From: Mizuhopecten yessoensis
Taxonomy: Eukaryota
Assembly (NCBI RefSeq): GCF_002113885.1
Contig: NW_018408627.1
Coordinates: forward strand, 90,422 to 154,421
Direction of reading: 5' to 3'
Length of the DNA stretch: 64,000 nt
The notes beneath the pieces were generated by a model that ran no database searches, had not been told where the DNA came from, and saw only the letters and a list, made by a program, of their open reading frames with translations. The position numbers were made by a program, and so were the translations under genes. This document shows positions 13,621 through 28,600 of the stretch, in pieces; within the stretch, counting starts at the first letter, position 1, and each line of letters opens with the position of its first letter.

Positions 13621-14578
13621 GGATTAATTGGAAACTGATATCAATTACATGTAATACTTTCTGAGCAATGTATGGTTAAAAAACGAAAATACTCCTCAAC
13701 GCAATGTTAAAAAAAAACTTCTCAAAAGGTATGTACTGTGTATTGTTATTACATATTTAAAACAAGAAAGCCTGATAAAGACTTAAGTCTAGGTAGAGTT
13801 AGCAGTTACTCCACTTCTTTCCAGAAACTACAAACCCGTTATATTGACAATGATGTTTTTACAGCTGTATATGTAAATGTATGGTCCTGTATAGTCCCAT
13901 GCTAGTTAAGCACTGTAAGTGTTTGATGTATTTTGCTGAGTTTCATCAACTTTAGGTTCGAATTACGGTTTCATTTACACTGCGGCATTCTTTTGTTTTC
14001 TGTTGAATTAATCGCTAAGGCACACTTATACCTTCCACATTCGTGGAGAAAACATTCTGTGTTTTCATTCAAGTTAACAGTGCTACCTACCTTACTGATA
14101 TCAACTGATGACCGTCAGAAGGCTAGATGAAGATACTTAAAGATTAAAAATCAGTTGAAAATAATGCAGATAGTGCCTTTCATGTTTTAAATACAACTTT
14201 GGATATCATAATTTCACCCCACCCATACTTCTTCAGACTTTACGTGCCGTACAGTTGTTACCACTCACAATCGCTGCGTGACCAGTCTGTAAACTTACCC
14301 CCATGGTCAATATGAACCATTTAGTTTGACCCAAATATGACTGCGCTAAATATCCTCAGTTCCCTGAACATCTTTATTCATAATAAGATCTGCCTACGCC
14401 AATGACATTGTTGATATTTGCCATTGATTATTACAATATTACTTGATTGCATTACGTTATTGCTTACGGAAGCTAACAATTTTGACCTTGAGTGTTGACA
14501 CAATTATCATTTTTCTACTTTACCTTTAAGTTAATTTTGTATGAAATATAACAACTAAGCAATTCGTTTCGATATTAT

Positions 14579-14712
14579 GATCGGTACGACGTTCTACTTT
14601 ATGGAGTACAGAAAACCAATATCGAACTTGGCCTTCGGCCTTGATCAATATTGGTTTTTGTGCTCCATAAAACGTCGTATTGATCTCACAAAAATGCCGT
14701 AATTGTAAAATA
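14579..14712. mobile_element. Palindromic element end with GGCCTTCGGCC apex (Crypton-like non-autonomous terminus)
   Basis: ~50-bp arms GATCGGTACGACGTT..TTTATGGAGTACAGAAAACCAATAT / ATATTGGTTTTTGTGCTCCATAAAACGTCGTATTGATC, followed by AATTGTAAAATA; same architecture as 53530-53670. Confidence 0.65.
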
Positions 14713-14943
14713 TGTCATCTCTGGTTACATCAACGCCTCCGTTTTTATGTGGAGTTTCGTGATTTCTTTTCGTTCGTTTTCCATTCTCTTGCATTTTAGT
14801 TATTAATCTAACATCACAAATCTGAGTATAAATGGTGTCTTCGTGTGTAGTATTTTATAATACAGGTAGATGGCTCGTGAAACATCCAATGTATAATGTT
14901 TAGACACGTAATCCAAAATCAATACAACTATTGATTGACAGTT

Positions 14944-15573
14944 AATAGTAGTAACATACATTATACCAGTTATTCCTGCTTACACGTCACAGTTGATTCG
15001 TTATAAACTGTAAATAGTAGCAACATACATTGTATTAGCTATATATACCTGCTTACACGTCATAGTTGATTCGTAATAGACTGTAAATAGTAGCAACATA
15101 CATTGTATTAGCTATACCTGCTTTCACGTCACAGTTGATTCGTTATTGTCTGTAAATAGTAGCAACATACATTGTATTAGCTATACCTGCTTACACGTCA
15201 CAGTTGATTCGTTATAGTCTGTAAATAGTAGCAACATACATTGTATTAGCTATACCTGCTTACACGTCACAGTTGATTCGTTATTGACTGTAAATAGTAG
15301 CAACATACATTGTATTAATTATCCCTGCTTACACGTCACAATTAATTCGTTATAGACTGTAAATAGTAGCAACATACATTGTATTAGGTATCCCTGCTTA
15401 CACGTCACAGTTGATTTGTTATTAACATTAAATAGTAATAAATTACATTGCATTAGTTATCCCTGCTTACACGTCACAGTTGATTTGTTATTAACATTAA
15501 ATAGTAATAAATTACATTGCATTAGTTATCCCTGCTTACACGTCACAGTTGATTTGTTATTAACATTAAATAG
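14944..15573 (+). repeat. Minisatellite, 69-bp unit, ~9 copies, derived from a PLE RT motif
   Basis: Tandem unit; first copy 14963-15004 reads IPVIPAYTSQLIRY and is preceded by AGT AAC ATA (SNI). Confidence 0.95.
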
Positions 15574-15989
15574 TTGCCAGAGTTAGATAAACATGATAAT
15601 CAACCATTACGGGTTTCGGAACCTTTTATTCCATCAATGTTCAGATATGATGGAAAAAGATGTTGAAGATATTTCTAGAAAATTGCCATGAAATATGACG
15701 TCACAATGAAAAATGACGACGTAAAACATTGTTACTTGACGTCATGGTTAAAACGTTAACTAATGAAATAACGCCCAGAGTGTTACCAACTTGCAACGAA
15801 AACATGTTCGTTCACTTACTCTATGCAGGTTTATCCATTGAGTCGGGAGTGAGGAAACCTATAGTGATTATTTGGTGAAATCTTATTTTTACATTTATCG
15901 TGACATAATTACTAACTAAAATACATATATAGTATATATCTTGAGTAAAGCTCAAGGCGTCTTACATCGTTTGTGATTTATATGTATTC

Positions 15990-16300
15990 TGGATTTTACG
16001 GTGACTCATGGCTCAGCCTCCAGATATATTAATGGGGTATATGATGCTTCTTTTGATCTGATTTCAAAGTATAAATTATCTAAACTGATAAACCAATGCA
16101 AATTCAATTCCTCATATAAGCAAATTAACAATAGCAAATGGCAACTTAGTTAATATGATATTAATGTGTCCGTCTTATATATTATAGTTACCTGCATTGA
16201 TGTTCAGATAGAATGTTCCCATTAGATATCCTTTACTACATGATATATTTCATATAATATATACAGGGTGTCTTACATAATGTTATCGAATACAGGATCA
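15990..16300 (+). mobile_element. Highly decayed Naiad-type PLE RT relic without an array
   Basis: SRYINGV (cf. FRYIDDV), TIANGNL, NVP and YIS fragments in the expected order. Confidence 0.35.
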
Positions 16301-18709
16301 GCATCGCGCCTTGAATAAAGATTTAGATGGCATTAATTGTATTCGTCTGTTTTATTAAAAACAAAATCAGAAATCAGGTAAAACAAATTAGTTGCATATA
16401 GAAGAACATTGTTAACTTTATATACAGTAAAACAGAAAATAAAAATAACTTTGCACGCATCATCAATGTATAGAAAAAATGGCCATTCCAAACCCACATA
16501 ATCAATACACAAGTAAGCAGAATAAAATAACACAGGGACATCAGCTGAACCTAATGTTTGGAAAACATGACATTTATAGCAAATAAGGAGACTCCCTATA
16601 AAAGTACAGAAAAAATGCCGCGTAGTTCTTAACAGGTTAGATAGGAAACGAATAAAAATGTGTTTCATTCTCTAAATAAAACTCATTTTGAAACACATTC
16701 AGCATAAATAGATATCGATGTTCAAGGGAACTGCTATCTCATTTGAAATACATCTGCCGCTGTCTTATAGAAAGTCTAGATATTACAAGGAAAGGCAGTC
16801 AACTCTTCTCCTGTAAAAAGAAAACATTTTTCTTTGCAGCTTTGTTGCTCATTTTCAATTTATAACTAAAATCCAGAGGTTGATGTGTGTCCTTTCGTCA
16901 GTTTTTATTTGTTAATTATGGAGGCTAAATAACTGCTAGTTGACGTTATGATTTCTCCTTTAAATGGTAAAACACGCACTGTTTGTAAATGGTATAATAT
17001 CAAAAATAAATGATACTGGCAACTACTTGAACTGTGTAAAGCAATATACACAGACAGTAATTTAATACAGAAAAGTATGACAGGAGGTGTGGTTCAACAA
17101 TTCCGAAAGGAATCACATTGACAATAATTGATTTATACAAATACATTTGGCAGAAAGTAATGCATTTTTGCTAACCCGGTTTAAGTTTCGTTAGCCTTGT
17201 GCTGATTTATGGCGCATTCAAACACACAATATTTCTACATGTTATTTCTCAGTGTTGCACAAGTTCAGTACTAATAATCATAGACTGAGGTAATATGTAT
17301 GTTTGTGTCGAGCTTTCTACATTAATCGACATACGTCCATTACTTAAAATGCTACTGAAACGTTTCTATCTTGGAAAAGAGACAAAAGACATCTTTATTG
17401 TCTTGTACTTAATTTGGCAAAAATTCTTACATTCTTAAAGAAGTATATATAGTATTTATTTTAGCAATATCCACTTTTCGTGCACAAAAACTATATGGCA
17501 ATGATATTTGTTGACACTTAGTAAAGAAAAAAATACGATGTTAAAAAGAAAGAGAATCGACTACCCCATGGACAGTGACTAAAACAATCCATTCAAGGAA
17601 CAAACAAACAAAAATTAACATTATAAAATAATTCTGATAGTCAGCAGTTATTTAATTTTAGTTATAATTATTTGTCAATTTAGTACAGAAATAAATACTA
17701 ATCAGTAAAATCGACAGATTAAACTTGTTTTCACATTGAGAAATGACCTTATTAAACCACATTGATTTATTGTAATGAAACATGGTTTCATGATTAATTC
17801 CTTATACAAATAGTAGTATGCCTAGCTTTCACGTACTTTCCAAGGAATGTATTGTCTTTGTGAATGAATGTTTTTCTATCGTTTACCCTTTTGTCAAAGT
17901 AAGTGCGATTTCAAGTGATTTGCCCCTACCCAATTTGGAACCACAAAATCAGTTATCGATCAAGCATTATCATTGGTATTTTTGCACGGAATACAACATT
18001 ACACAGTCATTGTTTCACTCATTCAAATTACACCGGGATCGTTACATCTATTACCAGAGATAAATTACCGGAATGATTCGACCACCAACCAATATAAGGA
18101 CAACTAGCGGAATCCAAACAGGTATAAACACCAACAATAGTCGATATGATACCAAAGAATAACAACACAATTTTATGTTAATGATTTCTTTTATTAAATT
18201 TATTTAATTAACTATGCATTATTTTGCATTTCTGAATATATAAATAAATATGCATTGCATTTTCTCAACTCATTTTGAAGAACATCAGGCACAACCATAA
18301 TCTTTTTGACTGAATGATTTGTAAATTGAAATGCGTGTCTCGTTGTCTTATGGAAAGACTTAATATTACAAGCATGGAGGTTCCATCTATTTCCCTTTTG
18401 AATCATTTCTTTACGTAGCTTTGTTACTCAGTTCTCGTTAAATCAGAACCAGTTTCTCAGATATGGCCAAAACCACGTTATAATCAAATAACGTTACACA
18501 GCTGAAGTCATAATAAACAATCATGTTACTGTATGGACAAACCATGAAAAAACAAAACCATGTTATAACCAAATAACGTTACAGACATAAGTCATAGAAT
18601 CAAACCATATTAGTTATAATTCCTTGCTAAACATCTACGATGAGAATACATTCTGGTTTGTTCGTTACATGACGGGCGTTTACCAACTCCCAGATAATTG
18701 ATATGACAG

Positions 18710-18873
18710 TTAATGAAGCAACATTTGTCGGGTGGGTGTCTCTTTGACCAAACAGTGGATCGGAATGAAAGGCGATAGGCTGTATCGCAGCCTTTGTCCG
18801 TGGTGATAGATGGTGGTGGGACCGTTCCTACCGACGCGCGCGTGCTTTGGAACGATTGAGGATCTATCAGCAC
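18710..18873 (-). other. Candidate terminal exon of an unidentified minus-strand transcript
   Basis: Acceptor TTGCCCTTTCCTACATAG|G at 18874/18873; locally GC-richer unique sequence; minus-strand AATAAA near 18190-18205. No recognisable protein. Confidence 0.3.
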
Positions 18874-20663
18874 CTATGTAGGAAAGGGCAATACGTACAC
18901 TAATAAACAGTGTTCATTCAAAAAAAAGAACAATTCTACATATTTGTCGTAGACGTACATCTTCTACTCTACAGACCGAATACATCCATTAAGTGTGAAG
19001 TTTTCAGACAGGAATTTCAGTTTCCGGTGAATCAAATGAATCAAATGTTCAAAATAATAATGCAATGCGTATGGGTAAACAAAGCGTCTCTATAACAGTG
19101 ATCCTCAATATCGATTATCCCCCTTTGTGTACCTTTGTGGTTACCAGGATAGTTACATGCGAGGGTTAATGACGATTTGGTTGATTAAGTGTTTTATCGA
19201 TGGTTGTTTAGTATTGAGGAACACAAAGGTACACTATACAGTTACGTGGGTACGGCCCCGCCTCCACATCACCAGGTATCTTGTCTCTATTAGACAATAC
19301 AACTACGACAGGATTGTCCTGCCCACATCATACCACGGTCGTGATATAAACGTTGCATCAGATTGAAAACAGATGTAAAACAAATTTTATTTTTATTTCG
19401 CATGCAAGTATCAAAATAAAAAAAACATCAATAATTAAACACAGGTTGCTAGGCTACATGGAAACTAAAACCGGTACATAACATTGTAATGACAGTTTTT
19501 ATCACTCGTGTTGCGCACTTTACTGTGGAAGACCTGGTATATAGGTGGTAATAGACTGCTTATCAACGATAACAGTCATAACAATTCTTGAAACAGTAAA
19601 ATGGTAATTAAAACATGACGGTAAAACTGAGGTACTATTCAGTATTTGACGGCGAACTTCTAGTTGTTATAGCGATCCCTCCGAGACAGTTGCGAAGTGA
19701 CCTGCTGAGCAGTACGAGTCGGTAAATCAACATATAAATGACACGGAAAGGGAAGGTGAATTTATTAAATATAAGGCAAAGGTTGTGAAATTCTCATGTA
19801 TAGGATTGTGATCACTTCTTCCTCCACTGTTCTCTGTATGTTTATAAAAACAAATTAACCTGAACTCCATTTCTGCTCTTAATGATACTAGTACATTAAA
19901 TACTTTTCTCTCTTTATTGGTGTCAATGACTCCCTATCATTATGAATATAAGTATCCTGGATAGGAATAAGAGATTCATTAAAAATACTAGACGCTTTTA
20001 CTAGATTACACTTATTTGTGTATCTATTATCACATGGCTTTACTGTGTGGAGTGATACAATCACAGAATTGTATGTTTAGTATGTGATTTACTCCAGCAC
20101 CATTTGGCTGATGTTTGTATAATCTAGTTTCTATATCAACAATTTTCAATTTAATAATAATGACACGCAATTATCAATATATATAAAATATATACATATA
20201 TATTATCATTACTACAACATGATGTGTGAAAAGTGTTTATTACTGTTGCCCAATTCCTTTGTATCCAAGATATATACAAGAAATTTCTGAAATAAAAAGG
20301 GCTTTGAAAACAATCGTCGTTCCGGTCGCAGTATCGAAGAAAGACAACACAAAGGAAAGGGAATTTTGATTTAGATTATTTTTATACTGATATCTGTACT
20401 GTGAAGTGCACATTTCTCCATTTTTTCTTGCTGAGTTTCCCAAAGTTTTGCAAGGATTATACATTTACTGCTTTTGTGACAGTTCATAAACATGAATGTA
20501 GAAACCAGTCAAACCCAAATGGTATAATATAAGGTAAATATAGGATGGTAAAGTGTCCAGTAGATAGGATGGTACATATATATACTGTAGGGAAGGTTCA
20601 CAGTGAGGATGACTAACTGACAAAGTCAAACTTATAAGTGTTCCGTTTACCATTATGTTATTA

Positions 20664-22021
20664 CAGCTTGTATACGTGATTGTGTTTCGCCCTAACCATT
20701 GTTATCCAGCTTGTATACGTGATTGTGTTTCGCCCTTACCATTGTTATTCAGCTTGTATACGTGATTGTGTTTCGCCCTAACCATTGTTATCCAGCTTGT
20801 ATATGTGATTGTGTTTCGCCCTAACCATTGTTATCCAGCCTGTATACGTGATTTTGTTTCGCCCTAACCATTGTTATCCAGCTTGTATACGTGATTGTGT
20901 TTCGCCCTAACCATTGTTATCCAGCGCGTATATGTGATTGTGTTTCGCCCTAACCATTGTTATCCAGCCTGTATATGTGATTGTGTTTCACCCTAACCAT
21001 TGTTATCCAGGTTGTATATGTGATTGTGTTTCGCCCTACCCATTGTTATCCAGCCTGTATATGTGATTGTGTTTCGCCCCAACCATTGTTATCCACCCTG
21101 TATATGTGATTGTGTTTCGCCCTAACCATTTTTATCCAGCGCGTATATGTGATTGTGTTTCGCCCTACCCATTGTTATCCAGCTTGTATATGTGATTGTG
21201 TTTCGCACTAACCATTGTTATCCAGCCCGTATGTTTGATTGTGTTTCGCCCTAACCATTGTTATCCAGCCCGTATATGTGATTGTGTTTCGCCCTAACCA
21301 TTGTCATCCAGCCTGTATACGTGATTGTGTTTCGCCCCAACCATTGTTATCCAGCCTGAATATGTGATTGTGTTTCGCCCTAACCATTGCTATCCAGCCT
21401 GTATATGTGATTGTGTTTCGCTCTAACCATTGTTATCCAGCTTGTATATGTGATTGTTATCCAGCTTGTATATGTGATTGTGTTTCGACCTAACCATTGT
21501 TATCAAGCTTGTATATGTGATTGTGTTTCGCCCTAACCATTGTCATCCAGCCTGTATACGTGATTGTGTTTCGCCCCAACCATTGTTATCCAGCCTGTAT
21601 ATGTGATTGTGTTTCACCCTAACCATTGTTATCCAGCTTGTATATGTGATTGTGTTTCGACCTAACCATTGTTATCAAGCTTGTATATGTGATTGTGTTT
21701 CGCCCTAACCATTGTTATCCAGCCCGTATATGTGATTGTGTTTCGCCCTAACCATTGTTAACCAGCCTGTATACGTGACTGTGTTTCGCCCTAACCATTG
21801 TTATCCAGCCTGTATGTTTGATTGTGTTTCGCCCTAACCATTGTTATCCAGCTTGTATATGTGATTGTGTTTCGACCTTACCATTGTTATCCAGCTTGTA
21901 TATGTGATTGTGTTTCGCACTAACCATTGTTATCCAGCCTGTATGTTTGATTGTGTTTCGCCCTAACCATTGTTATCCAGCTTGTATATGTGATTGTGTT
22001 TCGTCCTAACCATTGTTATCC
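20664..22021 (+). repeat. Minisatellite, 43-bp unit (CAGCTTGTATATGTGATTGTGTTTCGCCCTAACCATTGTTATC), ~31 copies
   Basis: Direct tandem repetition. Confidence 0.98.
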
Positions 22022-23272
22022 ATGCGTAATTCTCAAAATCACTGTAGATCACTTTGCGGAATCCTCATTTATCAATTGTGCAAACATTCACAAACTTCTG
22101 ATGGTACAATTGAAAGGTACGGTATACATTTGGTCTTCATAAGGTCCAAACGATAAACCCACCATCAGTCACACATTTTGACCGATCATTACAAAACAAA
22201 CAGCAAACGGACATACACTTTTCTTTGTTTTTTTTTCCTCATGTTTTAAAATTCCAAATAAGAAAAAAAGTTTAATACAAGACATTTTTTACTTCTCAGA
22301 GGACTACATTCTTAATTGTACTAACTCTTCTAACATTTATTTCAATATGACAATACAATCTAATTAAATGTTCAAAGATTGCGGCTGAATTTGATTTAGT
22401 TGTTGCCTATAATACATCACTATTTTATTTCACAGGAAAACACTTATCCGAATTATGAGTTATTTGACAAATAGGCACTGTGCCCTGTCACTGAGCTCCC
22501 TTTCTAGCCTCCAGCATCACGACCAGGGCAGCGGTGATGACACTATTGATCATATTTAGGGAACAACATGGCAACGTGAACTCACACACATCAAATATAA
22601 GTCCCAGTGGACCGTCGTACCTCTAAGGCTCTTGTCGTATTGAAATAAAGCATTTCTAAATGGAATGTTTAGGTAACATAAAGAATGCACCGATATCAAA
22701 TAGTAATCCTAATTGATATTGGACATTTGATCCATGTTTTGAGGCAGTACGTAATGATTGTGGACTGTTGATTTGTAATTTAACCGAGATTTTTCAGAGA
22801 ACAAAATAACTCAAAATAATTCGGTCAGCCAACATTGTCATATTTTGTTTATTAACGGTTAAATGTTAATAAAAACATGAACAGCGCCCACTTGTTTATG
22901 TAAAGAAAAATGAACTCAATGAATACACAGGTGCTTGCATCTTACAACAATGATAATAGATACCGTAAGCCGAACATGAATTACACTACACCACACGAGT
23001 GTTTTGTCACATCGCTGACGCTAGAAGCCAACACGTTGAAAGCCCAAATTGGTGTTATGTACTGTTGAAACACAGGGACAGGTGAGTAAAACCCCGTATT
23101 TTACTAATTTAGACGAGTACTGGTTAAAATCAAACAATCGGTAAAGTGTATATTATGAACCGTGCAACTATTCATAAAAGATTCCCGTGGATATCAAGGT
23201 TAATTCAAACCTCGGGGTCTAAGGAATCTACCAGCAGAGTCTACTACCTTGTATCTTTAAAGATAAAAGTAG

Positions 23273-23306
<34 letters not shown>

Positions 23307-23310
23307 CACA
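23273..23310. repeat. (CA)n microsatellite
   Basis: Direct inspection. Confidence 0.95.
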
Positions 23311-26300
23311 GGTTATAACACCTTTAACAATTGGTAAAACAGTTTCCAAACATGCATTGCGCTGCATCGTACAGCTGTTTCCTCCTTTTAAAACTATTTA
23401 TTGATAAAATGAAACTATAATTAGAAATAAAATATGTTTTCGATATATAATCATTATTAACTTTTACAAAAACATTGAAATACCATTAGGCCATTGTCGT
23501 AAGTAGTAATGACTGAATTCAATATTTAAATCACTAAATACAGATGCTCTATGCCTTTTATAACTAATACAACTCTCGTAGGTAGATTAGGATATTACTA
23601 CAATGTCCTTCCGAGTTCAAAATACCACAAAAACGAACATGTTCATACGTATGCCCGGCTTTGTCGTACAATGGCTTCCCCGTTCTAACAATAGTGTAAA
23701 CGGTACTGCGCTCACATCGATATACGTATTTTACGAGGGAGACAATCAACAACCTAACAACAAAAGCATACTCATCAAATTATCCGCTAATCAATGAAAA
23801 TACAGGACAGATTTGTCCGAGATTTAAAACTAATCAGGTAAAAGGGTTATAAAGTGTGTTATGATCTCCCTCCGCCCCGTCTGTCCGCCCTATCTATCTA
23901 AGCAGAGGATGAAATTGACTTCATCAAAGGTATTGTCAGACAGAACCGGAAGACGGAAGATTTCATCTAAACTCAACTATTGTACAATTAAATGAAGCTG
24001 CATTTACCCGAATTGATGTAAAAGGAAAATGTCAATACGATGTAAAAAACACATTGTATGCTTCAGTAACAAAAATAATGTGTTGGTGTTGTCAATCAGC
24101 CATCATCACATCATACAATAGTCACTACCAATACGATGAAAGGATGCAGCTCGAAATTCTGGTTGTAGATGCCAAAAGTCCAACAAAATAAACAATATGG
24201 TGGTTTCGAATTCGTCAGTGAAACTTCAAGTAAAATATAAATATAAATCTAGGCCTTTAGTATTCCGGCATACAAATATACAGTTATATTCTAACAAAAT
24301 ACATAAATCATGTACAGGATAAACAATCCTTTCATAGTCAGCTCGTCATTTAAGATACATGATTTAAATGGTAATTGCATAGTTCATTGCTGAATTTGCT
24401 TTAAAACAATATGTATGTGGTTGATTTTTCCAATATTCATCTACTTCGTACTCAAATTGTTTAACTTTGATAGTTTAACCAACAGATACTCCACCAGCTT
24501 TTTACGTAAATAAGCCACCAGAACTACGAAGAAAAGAATAACTTTGAAAATTAAAATTATCACAGATATAAGAAATTAAGTGGTATTTTCCATATTTATA
24601 CTAATCAGTTAACTTGTATTTCAATTTTTTTCGAGAGCTTTTCAATCTTATTTTTATAAGTTTCCTCCTAAACAACGTAATTTCAGTGTTGGTTTAACAA
24701 GCGGGGTATGTATCTTCCATTTCCTTTTCGCCTCATTTTTCCCACAGGAGAATACATTTGTTATGCCATTAACAGCGCTCCATGGGACAAGCAACATTTG
24801 GGGGCGAATACCACGAGTTGTGTGTAGAAGATGTAAGTTCCTCTGGGTCCATAAATCAGTGTTATGATATAACAATAAACAATGAATACTGGACGCTGTG
24901 ATGTTGAAATTAAAATTATTATGAGATTAAAGCAAATAATTTCTAAACAAGTAGAAGAAGGATAACACAGTAAGGCTGTTATCTTTTTTCCTAATATACC
25001 ATTAAACTTAAAAATTGTATAAATTGTAAATGCAAGGATGTATGTATTAAACAGGCCGTTAAAGAGTCCTTGATTTCAAGATATTTTCTTTCCTTATTGC
25101 TGCAGTGATATTTTGTTTGATAACTACAGTACAAAGACTTCATTGAAAGCAGGTAAAATGTTGGCAATAAGTAACAAAAGATCTACAATTATAACAAGTT
25201 ATGTTCTTATGGATTGAGTTATGTCCCTTCAATGTATTTTTTCATGAGTGCTTAATGTTAATTAAGAGAGTATAATTTGCTAAATGATTACAGGAATCTT
25301 GATTTAATCTAAGACATATACATATATATTTCTCTCTCTATATGTATAAATATGTCTATAAAAATTGTGTGTGTTACAGAAGGGAATGTTATCTATTTCA
25401 GCTCGGATGTTAATTTTATGGATTTTATGCACTATTTACAAGAGGCAGTTGACCTAGAGAAGATTTATTGTTGATACATATGAAGATATCTGTATTAAGA
25501 CAACTTCATTTTTCTCTATATGTATATAATTCTAGTCTAGCTGTCTAAGGTAATGGACCTCTACAACCAGCCACTCAAACAAACGCACGTGCTGAGAGTG
25601 TGACGTGACGTCAGACCGAGGTATGATGTACCAAGACATGTCGGATTGAAATATTATCACGTCTCAAAGATAACGTGTCGAGACGACAGTTTCCGAAAAA
25701 TCACCGTTCGTGATCCCCACGGGACCTCTCTTGTATCAAAGTACACCTTAGTACGGATGACTGTGTGTGATATGTGTACTGAAGTATATAGTACGTAGTT
25801 GACGTAGATATAACTGTAACCTCTTTGCTAATCAATTAAATGTACAGTATTTATCAAAGTATCAAACATACTGAATGACCCTGAGTTTGTACTCTTTATA
25901 CGCGACCTTTACCTTGTCGCACAGTTATCACTCTCTATTAGTGATGTCATTCCGGGTGGATGTGTTGTATTCATCTTTGATCTGTAAGCAATTTCATTGA
26001 AAACAAACTTTCGAATTAATACGGTCCGTTGGTAATTGCTATGTTTAGCAGTGCTTATCCATACAAAAGGAAACCGTATATGTGCTTCTCGAAGTCATGT
26101 ATGTACGCTGCATCAATGATAGTCACTTATGAATGCAGGACATCTCCATCAAATCTATGACAATTATAAATTAAAATAGGCTAACGAATTACCTACGGCA
26201 ACGGCATAAAGTCTGTTGGGAGCATTGGTGACAGCTTTACTAAAACATTAAATCTGCGGAGGAAATATGGTGCTGATACCGACCAACGCATTAATATGTC

Positions 26301-27744
26301 AGACCACGGTTCCTTCTGTTTGGTGGCGTGATGTGATATATAGATTTGACACCTAACAAAAATCAATGATACATGTCAAATTAAGAGTCCTGCAATGAGG
26401 GAATAGCAAGTTCACGTGATGGCCACGATATATGACGCGACATTGCATGAAAAGTTGTCCGTCAAAGTATTTATGTCCACGTACGTGTCACTGACCATTA
26501 CTGTATTGACCGCTGTGCTTACACCTGATATCAATGATAAATTTCCGTGATGTTAGCAGCATGCTTCTGAGAAAGCAACAATATGTCAACAGTGGTCGAC
26601 GTCGGCAACTTCTACAGTGCCGAATAATCCAGGGGGAAAATTAGACGCAGGACAATTGATGAAGGTCCATCTACATTTTACCCGTCAAGAGATGATCCCC
26701 ACAAGGCAGACGTTGAGTGCTTAACTTCGTTGCAAAGCCCGCATTACCGAGTCACCCTGCCATCTCTGGCTCTCCTACACTGTATTAAATTCATTTTTAC
26801 CAGTCCATGCTTTCCCTGATGTTTCGCTTCCCCATCCCGTGGTGCTAACGAGAGGATATACCGCTATAACGTGTCCCCCACGTATCACATCAAGTTGGCG
26901 ATTTTACTCTCCAATCGATAAAATTTGACTTGGGATTTTCTGCTTTAGGCCTAAAATATTCTATTAATTGTTAAATGGACGAACACCTAAGTAGAATCAA
27001 GTAAATGTTTCCATGTCTCGTCCGTGAGCCCCGACATGTTGTAATCATGGTCAACGATGCGCTTTGCTCCGTTATTCTTTTGGGGGTTGATAGCTTGTAA
27101 GCAATATGAAGCCTCTATATGAATACTATCATACCAAACATGACGGTGTTATCTCTACAAAAAAAATGTACTACTGACTTTAATAAAGTAGAGTGAGACA
27201 TATAACACACAATAGATACGGATAATCTGTCAATCTAGAGTGGTCGGATGGCTGATTTTCCGTTTTTTCTTTTTTACTGGGCGACTGATATCTATAGTCT
27301 TTATTACACTGAACTGATCTTCATATTCTGTATCACACGTAAGTGATATCCCATCGTCTCATCACGGAAATAATAGTATATCTCTGCAGAAAGTCAATAA
27401 TCTCCATTGTCGGACCCATAACTAATCTTCCTTTGTCACCATCATATATACCTCATATCTCATTATAACCGTCACACAGAACTAGGTTGAAACACACAAA
27501 GATAATATGTTATTTTTATCAAATAGGAGGTTTCTGTCATAATCCGTATCACTTATGATTTATCTTTGTCGTCACAACAAAGAGCTGATATCTTTTAAAT
27601 ATCAACTTTAACGTCAATAAATATTTTGAAATATAAAACAAGATATCACAACGACAACAATTGAAACAAACCGTTTAAAGTAAAACAAACGATATACATT
27701 AGCGTCGATCATCTACATAACGTTATAGGTAAAATAGAAATAAA

Positions 27745-28600
27745 ATGTGAAAGGATACATAAAAACAATATACCCAAGCGTAAATAATAGATATATACTG
27801 TGACAGGATTAATAAAAAACAATGTACCCAAGCGTAAACAATAGATATATACTGTGATAGGATAAATATAAACAATATACCACAGCGTCAACAATAGATA
27901 AATACTGTGACAGGATAAATAAAACACAATATACCCAAGCGTAAACAATAGATATATACTGGGATAGGATAAATATAAACAATATACCACAGCGTTAACA
28001 ATAGATAAATACTGTTATAGGATAAATATAAACAATATACCACAGCGTTAACAATAGATAAATACTGTGAAAGGATAAATAAAAAACAATATACCCAAGC
28101 GTAAACAATAGATATATACTGTGATAGGATAAATATAAAAAATATACCAAAGCCGTTAACAATAGAAATATATTGTGACATGATAAATATAAGTAATAAA
28201 CCACAGCATAAACAATAGAAATATACTGTGATAGCTTAAATATAAACAATATACCCAAGCGTAAACAATAGAAATATACTGTGATAGCATAAATATAAAC
28301 AATATACCCAAGCGTAAACAATAGATATATCCTGTGATAGGATAAATATAAACAATATACCCAATCGTAAACAATAGATATATACTGTGATAGGATAAAT
28401 ATAAACAATATACCACAGCGTTTACAATAGATAGATACTGTGATAGGATAAATATAAACAATATACCCAAGCGTAAACAATAGAAATATACTGTGATAGC
28501 ATAAATATAAACAATATACCAACGCGTTAACAATAGAAATGTATTGTGACAGATAAATATAAACAATATACCACAGCGTAAACAAATGAAATATACTATA
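27745..28600 (-). repeat. Minisatellite, 53-bp unit, ~16 copies
   Basis: AACAATAGATATATACTGTGATAGGATAAATATAAACAATATACCCAAGCGTA repeated (period checked 28261 to 28314). Confidence 0.97.

Noticed and set aside
20664-22021. Telomeric or interstitial telomere repeats (CCCTAA here, TTAGGG in the 44-bp array)
   Set aside because: Only a single hexamer per unit and never tandem.
22930-23081. Plus-strand coding exon ending CAG|GTGAGT
   Set aside because: Poor polypyrimidine tract, and the frames checked contain stops.
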